A stretch of 64,000 bases of DNA from Dehalococcoidia bacterium. Its GTDB lineage: Bacteria > Chloroflexota > Dehalococcoidia > Lucifugimonadales > UBA1127. The position numbers and the translations under genes are program-made. Below the pieces are notes generated by a model. That model saw only the letters and a list, made by a program, of their open reading frames with translations, ran no database searches and was not told the origin of the DNA. Below, one piece after another: positions 9,306 to 18,990 of the stretch; within the stretch, counting starts at the first letter, position 1, and each line of letters opens with the position of its first letter. The stretch is taken from NCBI GenBank assembly GCA_965217675.1, contig OZ244559.1, positions 386,126 to 450,125 of the forward strand. The letters run 5' to 3'.

Positions 9306-10544
9306 CTATTCCCATGCCGGGCACTGGTGGGTCATGGTGATCTCCCGGCGCTCTCGTCCGGACTGCATCATGGCAAGCACGCACTCCAGCGTGGCCATGC
9401 CCCAACGGCCGTCGTGGTGGACGGGGCGTCCCTCTGTGATGGCGTTGTACATCTCGTCCAGCTCCGCCATGCGCTCGTCGTGGACGCCCTCCACGGGCAT
9501 CTCGTGCTGGCCGTCATCGTCGTAGATGGTCAGGCCGTTGGCGGACTGGCGAACGTCGCCCGCCTCACAACTGACGATGACGAGGCCGGCGTCGGGCTGG
9601 AAGCCGGAGCGCAGGACGTTCTCTCGCGGGCCCAACAGGGTGTTGGTGTCGCTGCCGCCGAAGCGCTGGGCCTCCTTGCCGCTGGCCTCGTCGAAGGGCT
9701 GGCCGTTGCGGAGGGCTCGACGCAGGTCGCGGTTGCGCTGGCGCTCGGGCACGTCGTGGGCCCAGGGCACCAACTCTGTGGTCATAAAGTAGCCGTAGCC
9801 GTTCTTGACGATGGTCGCCGGGGTGTCGTCCTCAAACTCGAGGTATGCGACGTAGTACCCGGGCGAGGAGCGGGCGTCCATCCACCTGGAGACGCTGCCG
9901 CGCACGCTGCGCACCATGCCGCCGCCCATCATTCGGACGACGTCGAACTGGTGCGGGCCGTTGTTGTAAGGAAGCGCCCCGCCGATTTCCATATCGAGCT
10001 CATGGGGCATTCGGGGCCGGAACATGAAGTCCACGTAGGACCAGCAGTTGATGGCGGTGACCCGCCCCAACCGGCCCGAGGAGATCACCCTGCGCATGGC
10101 GCGGAACCCTGCCATGAGGCTGGCGGTGTGGCCGCAGAGGAGGTTGACGCCGTTTCGCTCGGCGGCCTCCACCATGCGCTCGGCTTCCTCCATGCTGACG
10201 GCCATGGGCTTCTCGACGACGACGTGCTTGCCGTTCTCCGCCGCGGCGATGGTGTTCTCACAGTGGTAGATGTTGGGCGTGGAGACCCAGACCACGTCCA
10301 CGTCCGGGTCCTTGCAGAGGGCCTCGACGTTGTCGTAGGTGCGGCCCTCGTAGCGTTCGCGGAAGGCGGCCAGGGCCTGCGGGCGGGTATCAGCGGCGGC
10401 CACGATGTCCAGGTAGGGCGCGGCCTCCATGGCCCGGATCACCTGAACGGCGCCGGCGCCCAGGCCGGCGATGGCCACGTTGAGCTTCTTCTGGGGCGCA
10501 CCGTTCCCGGCTGCGCCTTCAGACCCTGATGGTTCCGCTATCAC
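9306..10544 (-). CDS. Gfo/Idh/MocA family oxidoreductase
   Basis: N-terminal Rossmann motif LNVAIAGLGAGAVQ, and EKPMA in the family-typical position. Confidence 0.85.
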   Translation of the reverse strand: MIAEPSGSEGAAGNGAPQKKLNVAIAGLGAGAVQVIRAMEAAPYLDIVAAADTRPQALAAFRERYEGRTYDNVEALCKDPDVDVVWVSTPNIYHCENTIAAAENGKHVVVEKPMAVSMEEAERMVEAAERNGVNLLCGHTASLMAGFRAMRRVISSGRLGRVTAINCWSYVDFMFRPRMPHELDMEIGGALPYNNGPHQFDVVRMMGGGMVRSVRGSVSRWMDARSSPGYYVAYLEFEDDTPATIVKNGYGYFMTTELVPWAHDVPERQRNRDLRRALRNGQPFDEASGKEAQRFGGSDTNTLLGPRENVLRSGFQPDAGLVIVSCEAGDVRQSANGLTIYDDDGQHEMPVEGVHDERMAELDEMYNAITEGRPVHHDGRWGMATLECVLAMMQSGRERREITMTHQCPAWE

Positions 10545-10577
10545 GCGCTGCTCCGATCCGCGGCATGCCGCTTGTGG

Positions 10578-11846
10578 TTACACCATCGTCTCCATCAGAC
10601 CCTTGACCTGCTCGTCCTGGAGGAACTCTATGTCCCGGTTGAGCTCGTAGGACCATGCCCGCACGCGGTAGAGGTCGCCGTTGTAGGGTTCCTGGGGCTC
10701 CTTGCCCTCGAGGAAGGACTTGGCTGAGTTCACGAGGTAGCGGCGCATGGCGATGATGGCGCTGTCGCTGGTGCCGAGGTGCTCCTTGGTGCGGTTGGCG
10801 ATGGCGCCCATGCCCTCGACGACGGCGGTGTCCTGCTCTCGCGTCCCGAGGATGCCGGTGAAGGTCTCGGTGCGCTGGTTGTGGCGGTCCTGCAGGAAGT
10901 GGTTGGCCTTGGTGGCCCGCAGCTTGCCGGTGGCGGGGTCCAGGCTGGAGATGTGCGGGTTGGGTCCGCCCAGAATGCCGTCCCGCTCCTTCTGTGTCAG
11001 CGCTTCCACGGGGGACCAGATGACGCACCACACGTCCGTGTGTTCGTCGTCGACGGGGACCCACATGTGGCCGTGGCCGCGGCGCTGTTCAAGGTCGCTG
11101 GCGATCATCGTGTAGTAGGGCATGAGCCACTGGTTAATGCGCCAGTAGTGGGTATCCTGCTCGGCGTCGCGCTGGGCGGCCAGCATGATGCCGTAGTCCG
11201 TGGGCTGGACGATCCAGCGAGGGGCCGTGTCGTTGACGCGCCAGAGCATCTCCCTGCTCGACGGGGCCTTCTTCTGGTCCAACCGTGTGTGGAGGAAGCC
11301 GATGTGGCTGGAGTCGATGTCGCCCTCAGTGGCCTGCACAAAGTTGCACTCCTGGTTGTATTTCGCCAGGTTGCGGTGCTCGGCGGGGACGCGGCACCAC
11401 TCGAGTTGCGGAAGCTCCGGAATCCTGTCTTGGGGCCCGATGTAGGCCCAAATGATGCCGCCCCACTCGCGGGTGGGGAAGCCGATGGGCCGCACCTTCT
11501 TGGCGAACTCGTACTGGGCCGGCTCGGAGGGCATGTCGACGCAGTTGCCCGCCACGTCGAACTTCCAGCCGTGGTAGATGCAGCGCAGACCCTCGTGCTC
11601 AATGCGGCCGTAGAAGAGGGGCGCGCGCCGGTGGGGGCACAGGGCCTCCACGAAGCCGATCTCGCCGTTGGTGTCCCGGAAGGCGACAAAGTCCTCGCCC
11701 AGCAGTCGCACCTCCTTCGGGTCGCAGTCGGGCGCCGGCAGATCCTCGGAGATCAGGATGGGCGCCCAAAAGCGCCGCAGGACCTCGCCCATGGGGGTTC
11801 CGGGACCCACCCGGCACATCAGTTCATTGTCTTGCGCGTTGAGCAT
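10578..11846 (-). CDS. Rieske [2Fe-2S] aromatic-ring-hydroxylating oxygenase, alpha subunit
   Basis: Rieske motif CPHRRAPLFYG...GLRCIYHGWKF. The start was set at ATG 11846, which is preceded by a GAAAGGAG RBS. Confidence 0.85.
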   Translation of the reverse strand: MLNAQDNELMCRVGPGTPMGEVLRRFWAPILISEDLPAPDCDPKEVRLLGEDFVAFRDTNGEIGFVEALCPHRRAPLFYGRIEHEGLRCIYHGWKFDVAGNCVDMPSEPAQYEFAKKVRPIGFPTREWGGIIWAYIGPQDRIPELPQLEWCRVPAEHRNLAKYNQECNFVQATEGDIDSSHIGFLHTRLDQKKAPSSREMLWRVNDTAPRWIVQPTDYGIMLAAQRDAEQDTHYWRINQWLMPYYTMIASDLEQRRGHGHMWVPVDDEHTDVWCVIWSPVEALTQKERDGILGGPNPHISSLDPATGKLRATKANHFLQDRHNQRTETFTGILGTREQDTAVVEGMGAIANRTKEHLGTSDSAIIAMRRYLVNSAKSFLEGKEPQEPYNGDLYRVRAWSYELNRDIEFLQDEQVKGLMETMV

Positions 11847-11901
11847 GGGGCTCTCCTTTCTGTTTACGCGTCCAGGGTGAAACTCCTCGACGCACGGGGC
11901 G

Positions 11902-12207
11902 CTACGCCTGGGCCCGGATGCCGGCCTGAAGCTGCGCCATTGCCTCGTCCTTCTTGCTGACGGAAACCAGGTCGTGGGCCGCCACCACGCACTCCAAGAG
12001 GACGCGGAGCCGGTCGATGTCTTTGTGCTCGGGGCCCTGGGACTGCGCGTGGACCAGGGCGTGCTCGACCTGGCGCCACAGGTCATCGAGCTCCGCTTCA
12101 CGGAAGATGAAGTGCTGGAAGCCAGAGGAACTCTCGATGCGCTCCACGAGGCTGAGGAGGGTGTCAGGAGAGAAGTCGTGGATGGGCAACGGCCTATTAA
12201 GGTCCAT
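11902..12207 (-). CDS. Hypothetical protein (101 aa), first gene of the Rieske oxygenase transcription unit
   Basis: AAGGAG RBS 5 nt upstream of ATG 12207. Non-repetitive, acidic, helical-looking sequence. No family recognised. Confidence 0.5.
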   Translation of the reverse strand: MDLNRPLPIHDFSPDTLLSLVERIESSSGFQHFIFREAELDDLWRQVEHALVHAQSQGPEHKDIDRLRVLLECVVAAHDLVSVSKKDEAMAQLQAGIRAQA

Positions 12208-12360
12208 TCTCACTCCTTGCCGGCGACGTCCCCGCCGGTGGAGACTCGTATGACCCTATGGGAGCAGCCCGGCGTTGGTGCGCCGCCTGCGCGCTCCGCC
12301 AAGAATACATGGGCAAACATACACCCGCGAGTGTGCGCGGTCAACGGGCAGGCGTAGGCG

Positions 12361-12540
12361 AGTTGGGGGCGGGGAAGGGGTGGGCAATGGGGATTGTTGG
12401 CTCACCCCGTCGTAGCTGCGGCTGGAACTGTGGGGTATTCGTATTTGTAGCTGTTGTGTCGCATTGCAACTACAAATCGAAAAATTTATGCCGGAGTGAA
12501 AGTAATCCTCCCTGCAGCGGGCCGAAACGCACACGGCCGC
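12361..12540 (-). repeat. Third (inverted) copy of the ~180-bp repeat family also present at 40.1-40.5 kb
   Basis: The reverse complement aligns with 40095-40276. Shared blocks are the CTGCAGGGA/CAGCAGGGA block, the hairpin TTTGTAGTTG-CAATGCG..-CAGCTACAAA (12444-12476), then AGCTAC...GTTCC...AGCTACG. Confidence 0.6.
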
Positions 12541-12752
12541 CGTCGTGGAGTGTGCGGGCGACGCGGCAATTGGCGGGCGCGGTGGGGCCTATGGCATGGG
12601 TGAGTGAGGCGCTGTGGTCTTGCGTGGGGGGAAGGTAAAGGATGGCGCGGCGTGCGGGCAATGGGGCGGTGTCAGAGTGGCGGCGCCGGCGCGGGGGGCC
12701 TTCGAGGGGCTCTGGGTGATCGGAGTGGCGAACCGGCCCGACGGCGTGGGAG

Positions 12753-14108
12753 CTAGTCGTCGGCGGGCGGGAGGGCGCTTCGCGCCTTGCGGAGCACGTT
12801 CAGCAGAAGGCCGCCTACGAGCAATGCGGCGAGGGCCAGGGCTACCGGCAGCAGCCACGGCAAGCGCTCCGTGAGGGGCGGACGGGGCGTGACGGGGGCC
12901 ACGTACATGGGGTTGTCCGTTTGCGCCCCCAATTCGGCCACGGGCAGGTCCTCTGTGTCCAGGAAGCTCAACAGCCGGTCTATGTCGTAGGTGGGCCGCT
13001 GGGCGTCAGCGTTTCCGTAGAATGCCTTGTACTCCTCGTCAGGCTGGGCGAAGAAGAGCACTCTGCGCTGAGCGCCCCAGACCTGCACGCCGGTCACCGT
13101 CAGCGGGGGATTGTCGGCGTCGTGGATGACGATTCTGAGGTAGCGCTGCGTGGTCTCCGGGTAGGTGACGCTCAGTTGCTCACCAGTGAACCGGGGCGTC
13201 TCGTAGGCGAAGATGCCGGCCTGTGATTGCACTGTGCGCCAGGACTCGCCGTCGGCGCTGGCCTGAAGCGTGACTTCACGGTTGAAGTTCACGTCATCCA
13301 CTGTGACGGCGATCCGGTCTGCCGGGATGCCCTGCACATTCCTGTCAACGTCTACGTGCGTGGTTTTCTGGTCCTCATCCCGGCTGACGTCCGTGATGGC
13401 GGCTGGCCATGAGACCTCGCGCCTCGGCTCCGCCTGCGTGGCGGATACCCTGGCGCCGGTGATGGTCAGCGGGCCATCGCCGTCATCCAGGATGCGGACG
13501 CGGATGAAGCGCACGGTGGAGTCCGGGTAACGGACAGTCGTGTTGCGGCTCGTCACTTCGGTGTCCGTGAGGCGAAAGTCGTGCACCACACCCTCAACCA
13601 CCTCGGCCCACACCTCTTCGTCGTTGCTGGTCTCAACCAGGACGGTGCGTTGGAAGTTGATGGAGTCGGTCTGAATGCTCACGCGGTTGTGGAGCACACC
13701 TTCCTCCAAGGTCAGGGCCGCCGTGAACGTGTTGTACCGGCCCTGCACGTAACCCTGGTCACGGATGGTGACGGGCACGTCCCGCTGCTCGGTCGAACCG
13801 CGGTGCACCTCGAGCTTGTAGGGGGCCTCGCGGGTGTCCCCGGCTATGAGGCGGAGGTCGGTCAGGTCCCGGGCCGAGCCATCGTAGAGCTGGGCGTCGG
13901 GGTGCAGTTCGACCAGGGTTTCCTGCGTCGCCGGCGGCGTCCGGACCTCCTTCGCGTACTGCCAGTCGGCCAGCGCGAACTCGACGAGGGCGATGGCGGG
14001 GAGGGCGGTCGACACAATCGTCAACACGGCAGCGACAACGACGAAGCGGCGCACGCTAGTCCTCAACGAGGTATCCCCTGAGGGTCTTTCAGAAGCGTTG
14101 GTAGACAT
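12753..14108 (-). CDS. Membrane-anchored protein with repeated beta-sandwich-like modules (DUF3999-like)
   Basis: N-terminal TM (VVVAAVLTIVSTALPAIALV) and C-terminal TM (LPWLLPVALALAALLVGGLLL). Repeated segments VRFIRVRILDDGDGPLTITGARV and QRYLRIVIHDADNPPLTVTGVQV. Lies directly downstream of, and overlapping, a DUF2339 gene, which is the usual DUF3999 partner as I recall. Confidence 0.55.
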   Translation of the reverse strand: MSTNASERPSGDTSLRTSVRRFVVVAAVLTIVSTALPAIALVEFALADWQYAKEVRTPPATQETLVELHPDAQLYDGSARDLTDLRLIAGDTREAPYKLEVHRGSTEQRDVPVTIRDQGYVQGRYNTFTAALTLEEGVLHNRVSIQTDSINFQRTVLVETSNDEEVWAEVVEGVVHDFRLTDTEVTSRNTTVRYPDSTVRFIRVRILDDGDGPLTITGARVSATQAEPRREVSWPAAITDVSRDEDQKTTHVDVDRNVQGIPADRIAVTVDDVNFNREVTLQASADGESWRTVQSQAGIFAYETPRFTGEQLSVTYPETTQRYLRIVIHDADNPPLTVTGVQVWGAQRRVLFFAQPDEEYKAFYGNADAQRPTYDIDRLLSFLDTEDLPVAELGAQTDNPMYVAPVTPRPPLTERLPWLLPVALALAALLVGGLLLNVLRKARSALPPADD

Positions 14109-16218
14109 AACCGCCAAGCACAAGCAGCGCGCCCAGACCGATGAAGGCCAAGATGCGGTACACGCGCTCCAGGGTGAAGACGTCATAGACGAATACCTTG
14201 GCTATGGGAACCAGCAGCAGGGCGAGGGCAGCAATGCGCACGATTCGCCACTTTCCGACGATGCCCACCGCCAGCATAGCGGCGGCGTAGAAGGCCAGGA
14301 GCGCGGTGATGGAGAGGTTCTGGGCGTTGCGCAGCCCGGTAGCCATGCGGCCAAACTCACTGTTGGAGAGGCCGGCAATCTGCTTGTCGAAGGCTGAGGT
14401 GATCTCCCATCCCAGCACCCATAGGGTGAAGACGCCGGCAGCCACCAGGAAGACCGGGTAGACCGACCACAGAACCAACTCCCATTCGACAAGATTCGCG
14501 CGGTTGCGCCAATACAGGTACGCGGTCACATACATGGCGGCGATGCTGAGAGTGAAGGCAAGCATCCTCTCGTTGAGGACTACGTCGTAGGTGCGCAGGT
14601 CAACGCCGGTGTCGAACAGATAGAGGCGGATGGCCACAAGGCCAAAGACGGCCATGGCGGCGATGCGCGCGTTGGGCATGCGAAGCTGGAAAGCCACATA
14701 AGTGATCGCGGCGCCCTCGGCTGCCCACGCGATGGTGGTCCAGGCGGAGTCCCCGAGCTGCACGGGGATGGTGACCGTCAGGAACACAAGGGCGATGCCC
14801 AGGCTGAAGAAGCTGAGCTGGGCGTTCTCCTCGCTGCGGCGCAGGGCCAGGTAGGCCAGACCGCCGTAGAAGAGGGACATTTTCAGTGAGAACGCGCCCA
14901 TCCAGAGGTCGAGGTCGTCCGACAGGATGCCGAGGCTGATGGCGAAGTAGGACAGGCCGTTGATCGTCATCAACGCAAGGTCGGTCTGCTTTGGGGTGCG
15001 ACGCCAAATGACGTGGTACAGAGTCGTGGCGCCCACGAAGGTCAGGAAGATGAGCGTGAGGCTGAGCTGCGCCGTCAGGAGGCCGGCGTCCCCGCCAAAC
15101 TGCGCGTACCAACCGCCATAGGCCAACAGAGAACCGGCCCAGCCAAGCAGGATCATCCACCGCCAGTTGCGGAAGGTTGAGAGGGCCAGCACGCCAATAT
15201 CCACCACGATGATGTAGGCGAGCAGGTCCAGTCCTGAGTTGACACCGGCGGCGGTCGTTGATGAGGATGCGCCCAGGATGAAGGGTGCGGTGAACGCGCC
15301 AAGGATACCGATGATTGCCAGTGCCATGGACTCATAGCGTACGGCGACAGCCGCCGATGTCACGCTGATGAGGAGCAATAGGCCCGTGGCAAAGTACACG
15401 TCAATGAGACCAAAGGTGGAGTGGGCCGCGAATATGGACACATAGAGGATGCCAATGCCGCCGCCGCTGAGGGCGTGGGCAAAGATGGCGTACTTTCGCT
15501 GCCAGTACTCGCCCGCCGCCAACAGGGCCGCCCCGGCGATTATTCCCAGGACAACCTGCCCCGTGGGGCCGATCCAGTCGTTGTCAATGGCCAGGTTGAG
15601 GAAGAAGGCGGCGCCAATGATGAGGGCGAGGACACCAATGCGGGCGAGCCAGTTCCCCCCTACAAACTGCTCCCAATTCCACGCTTGCATCGTGGCCAAG
15701 AGGTTGTCGGAGGGCGGCGGCGCATAGTCGTCGGAATAGGGCGCCGCTGGGGCAACTGGGGGCGTCGCCGGGGCATATGCGGGCGGCGCCATCGGCGCTG
15801 CGGTGGCAGGCCGTGCGAGTTCCGGGCGGGGAGCCGGCGATCCCGCCATACCCTCAATGGACGTCAAACGGCCCAACAGGCGCGCAATGGTCTGGCTATG
15901 CTGCTCCTGAATTGAGTGGATCTCTTCCCGCAAGGAGCGTAGTTGCTCCTCCACGGGTGCGCCGGACTGGGGTCCGTCGGCTGTCCGGGGCGACTGCTGG
16001 GGGAGGCGCGTCCCGCAGTTGGCGCAGAAGAGGCTGTCCGCCTCATTGGCGTGATGGCAATTCGGGCACTCTATGGCCGTCTCCTGGGTTGAGGTGCATG
16101 GGGGCCGGCCCCTTAGCCATGTTAGCTGATTCAATTGCGCTTTGCGAATTGGCTCAGGCCACCCAGTCTCGGTGTCCCTAACGCCAGCCCCAAGGACACC
16201 CTCGCGATGGAGTACCAA
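14089..16218 (-). CDS. DUF2339-family polytopic membrane protein with N-terminal zinc ribbon
   Basis: CPNCHHANEADSLFCANCGTRL zinc ribbon, a coiled-coil segment, a Pro/Ala-rich linker, then >15 predicted TM helices. The start (TTG 16218) is uncertain. Confidence 0.7.
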   Translation of the reverse strand: MVLHREGVLGAGVRDTETGWPEPIRKAQLNQLTWLRGRPPCTSTQETAIECPNCHHANEADSLFCANCGTRLPQQSPRTADGPQSGAPVEEQLRSLREEIHSIQEQHSQTIARLLGRLTSIEGMAGSPAPRPELARPATAAPMAPPAYAPATPPVAPAAPYSDDYAPPPSDNLLATMQAWNWEQFVGGNWLARIGVLALIIGAAFFLNLAIDNDWIGPTGQVVLGIIAGAALLAAGEYWQRKYAIFAHALSGGGIGILYVSIFAAHSTFGLIDVYFATGLLLLISVTSAAVAVRYESMALAIIGILGAFTAPFILGASSSTTAAGVNSGLDLLAYIIVVDIGVLALSTFRNWRWMILLGWAGSLLAYGGWYAQFGGDAGLLTAQLSLTLIFLTFVGATTLYHVIWRRTPKQTDLALMTINGLSYFAISLGILSDDLDLWMGAFSLKMSLFYGGLAYLALRRSEENAQLSFFSLGIALVFLTVTIPVQLGDSAWTTIAWAAEGAAITYVAFQLRMPNARIAAMAVFGLVAIRLYLFDTGVDLRTYDVVLNERMLAFTLSIAAMYVTAYLYWRNRANLVEWELVLWSVYPVFLVAAGVFTLWVLGWEITSAFDKQIAGLSNSEFGRMATGLRNAQNLSITALLAFYAAAMLAVGIVGKWRIVRIAALALLLVPIAKVFVYDVFTLERVYRILAFIGLGALLVLGGYVYQRF

Positions 16219-16446
16219 GGGGTGAATTACGTGGACTCCAATATATGTTGGGGCACACTATGGTGCAGTGCATGGTCTCTTGTCTGCATCGCAAACTAAA
16301 GCGAAATAACCCATGAGTACCTGAAAAGTCCGTTCAATTTGTGTCCCGTTCTTGAAAAGGGAGTGGGCGGGTTCCCGCCTGCGCGGGGGTGACGACGTTG
16401 ACAGGGCAAGGCCCTGCCCCGCAATCTTGTCTGCAGGGGCATATCT

Positions 16447-17355
16447 GTGGCAGCCACGTTGAAGGAGGTCGCTACGGGAGCGCGGAGCCTGGCGAGAATT
16501 GTGCCGGTGGTGTCGTATCCGGCGGTGCTGGGGACTGGCTTCGCGGTGTATGCGTCGCTCCTGTGGCTTGGGTGGGCGGTGACGCTGGCGTCGTACGCGG
16601 CGGTGTTGACGGGCGCGGCGCTGGTGACGCTGCACGAGTCCCTGCTGCCCTACCGGCGCGAGTGGCGGCCGACTGCCGGCGTTGTGACGGCGGATGCGGT
16701 GTTCATGGGCACCGTGCAGGGCGTGTTGCCGCTGCTGCTCTCGTTCACGGTCGTCATCGGGCTGACGGGTCTGCTCGACACGACAGGCCTGGCGGTCGAC
16801 GGGCTGTGGCCGGCCGGCATCCCGCTGGCGGCACAGGTCGGCCTCATGCTGCTGGCGGCGGACTTCCCGAGATACTGGCTGCATCGGGCGTTTCACGGCG
16901 TTCCGACGATGTGGCGGCTGCATGCCGTGCATCACTCGCCGCACCAGCTCTACTGGCTGAACGTGGGGCGCTTCCATCCGATAGAGAAGTCGATCCAGTA
17001 CGCGGTGGACTCGCTGCCCTTCGCGCTGCTGGGGGCGCCGCAGGAGACGCTGGCGGCGTACTTCGTCTTCTACGCCATCAACGGGTTCTTCCAACACTCC
17101 AACTGCCTGGTGCGCCTCGGGCCGCTCAACTACGTGGTCAGTGGGCCGGAGCTGCACCGCTGGCACCACTCGGAGCTGTCGGAGGAGTCCAACAACAACT
17201 ACGGGAACAACCTCATCGTGTGGGACGTGCTGTTCGGCACGCGGTGGCTGCCAAAGGGGCGCGAGGTTGGCCCGCTGGGGTTGCGCAACCGCGCATACCC
17301 ATTGGGCTTTCTCGCGCAGATGCGGACGCCCTTTGTGAAGGGGCTGGAGCAATGA
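16447..17355 (+). CDS. Fatty acid hydroxylase / sterol desaturase family membrane protein
   Basis: Three His boxes (HRAFH, HAVHH, HRWHH) and 4 TM helices. Confidence 0.85.
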   Translation: MAATLKEVATGARSLARIVPVVSYPAVLGTGFAVYASLLWLGWAVTLASYAAVLTGAALVTLHESLLPYRREWRPTAGVVTADAVFMGTVQGVLPLLLSFTVVIGLTGLLDTTGLAVDGLWPAGIPLAAQVGLMLLAADFPRYWLHRAFHGVPTMWRLHAVHHSPHQLYWLNVGRFHPIEKSIQYAVDSLPFALLGAPQETLAAYFVFYAINGFFQHSNCLVRLGPLNYVVSGPELHRWHHSELSEESNNNYGNNLIVWDVLFGTRWLPKGREVGPLGLRNRAYPLGFLAQMRTPFVKGLEQ

Positions 17356-18986
17356 GCGGCTTGGGATACAGAGCGTTCAAGGCTGCGCTGGAGCTGACGC
17401 AAGGACGTCGCTACCGAGGCATGATGATGGCCGCGCGCGATCCCCGAGCCGCGCAGGAAGCAGTGTTGGCGCGCATTCTGACGGCCAATGCGGAGACGGA
17501 GTTCGGGCGTGAGCATGGGTTCTCGCGGATTGCGGGCATGCGCGAGTACCGTCGGGCTGTGCCGGTGCACACGTACGAGGACCTGCGGGACGCCATCGAG
17601 CGGCAGGAGTTGACGGGCGATCGGTGCCTCACAAAGGAGCCGCCCGTGTACTACCACCGGACGAGCGGGACCGTGGGCGCGCCGAAGAACATACCGGTGA
17701 CGGCAAGTGGTCTGGCGCAGATGAAGCGGGACCAGCGGCTTTCGGCCTACGTGTGGGCGCGGCACTCGGGCGTCATGGAAAGCAAGGTCGTTGGGATTGG
17801 CGGCGCGGCGGTCGAGGGGTGGATGCCCGGAGGGACGCCGTACGGCTCGGCGTCCGGGGTGCTGTACCGCAGCCAATCGCGATTCGTGCGGTCGCGGTAC
17901 GTGCTGCCGCCGGAGGTGTCGGAGATCGAGGACTACGACGCTCGGTACCTCACGATGGCGGTCTACGGACTGTCCGAGCGCGGCGTGACGGGCATCGCCA
18001 CGGCGAACCCGTCGACGTTCCTGCGGCTGCTGGGGGTAGTGCATGACAACGCCGGCGCCGTCCTGGACGCCATCGCGACGGGGCGGCTGCCGGACGCGTC
18101 CGGGGGGCTCTCGCTGACGGCGCGGCCAGAGCGCGCAAGGGAGGTGTCGCGGCGGTTGGAGGCAGCGGGGCGGCTGACGTACGCGGACATCTGGCCCGAC
18201 CTGCGGGGCATCGTCACGTGGACGGGGGGCAGTTGCGGCATCGCGCTGGGCAACCTCGCGCCGCTGCTGCCGGAGGGCGTGCGCATCATCGAGTGGGGGT
18301 ACTCGTCGAGCGAGTTTCGTGGGACGCTCAACGTGGACATTCGCCGGAACGCGTGCCTGCCCACATTTCTGAATACGGTCTTCGAGTTTGTCGAGCGGGA
18401 GGAGTGGGAGGCCGACGGCGGCGAGTTCCTCGGCCTGGATGAGCTGGAAGAGGGTCGCGAGTATTACGTATTCGTGACGACGTGGGATGGCCTGTACCGC
18501 TACGACATCAACGACATCGTGCGGGTCAACGGTTGGGTGGAGGCGACGCCCACGCTGGCGTTTGTGCAGAAGGGAAAGGGCGTAACGAACATCACGGGCG
18601 AGAAGGTGACGGAATCGCAGGTGCTGGAGGCGGTGACGTCGGTCTTTACGGCCTCCGGTACGACGCCGCAGTTCTTCATCATGCTGGCCGATGAGGAGGC
18701 CGCGGGCTACAGGCTGTACGTGGAGACCGGCTCGGCGACGAACGACGGCGCGGTGGCCGCCGACATCGACCGGCGGCTGAGCGCGCTGAACATCGAGTAC
18801 GAGAGCAAACGGCAGAGCGGGCGACTGGCGATGCTGGGCGTGCGTCTGCTCCCACCCGGCTCCGGCGACCTCTACCGCGAAAGCTGCGTCGCTTCCGGGC
18901 AGCGGGACGCGCAGTTCAAATACCTGCACCTGCAGTACGCGCGGGACTGTTCGTTCGACTTCGACGCAATCCCGGGTGTGGTGTAA
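17352..18986 (+). CDS. GH3 family adenylate-forming acyl-acid amido synthetase-like protein
   Basis: QEAVLARILTANAETEFGREHGF...VPVHTYEDL...YYHRTSGTVGAPKNIPVT is the N-terminal GH3 (PF03321-type) signature. ATGA overlap with the hydroxylase stop. The 865-aa ORF 16389..18986 is an upstream extension of this gene's frame running over the hydroxylase gene. Confidence 0.85.
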   Translation: MSGLGYRAFKAALELTQGRRYRGMMMAARDPRAAQEAVLARILTANAETEFGREHGFSRIAGMREYRRAVPVHTYEDLRDAIERQELTGDRCLTKEPPVYYHRTSGTVGAPKNIPVTASGLAQMKRDQRLSAYVWARHSGVMESKVVGIGGAAVEGWMPGGTPYGSASGVLYRSQSRFVRSRYVLPPEVSEIEDYDARYLTMAVYGLSERGVTGIATANPSTFLRLLGVVHDNAGAVLDAIATGRLPDASGGLSLTARPERAREVSRRLEAAGRLTYADIWPDLRGIVTWTGGSCGIALGNLAPLLPEGVRIIEWGYSSSEFRGTLNVDIRRNACLPTFLNTVFEFVEREEWEADGGEFLGLDELEEGREYYVFVTTWDGLYRYDINDIVRVNGWVEATPTLAFVQKGKGVTNITGEKVTESQVLEAVTSVFTASGTTPQFFIMLADEEAAGYRLYVETGSATNDGAVAADIDRRLSALNIEYESKRQSGRLAMLGVRLLPPGSGDLYRESCVASGQRDAQFKYLHLQYARDCSFDFDAIPGVV

Positions 18987-18990
18987 GCCG

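Noticed and set aside
16389-18986. 865-aa ORF suggesting a giant GH3 fusion protein.
   Set aside because: The first ~320 aa are an upstream extension of the GH3 reading frame that runs out of frame across the hydroxylase gene. The GH3 signature starts at the ATG at 17352, which overlaps the hydroxylase stop (ATGA).
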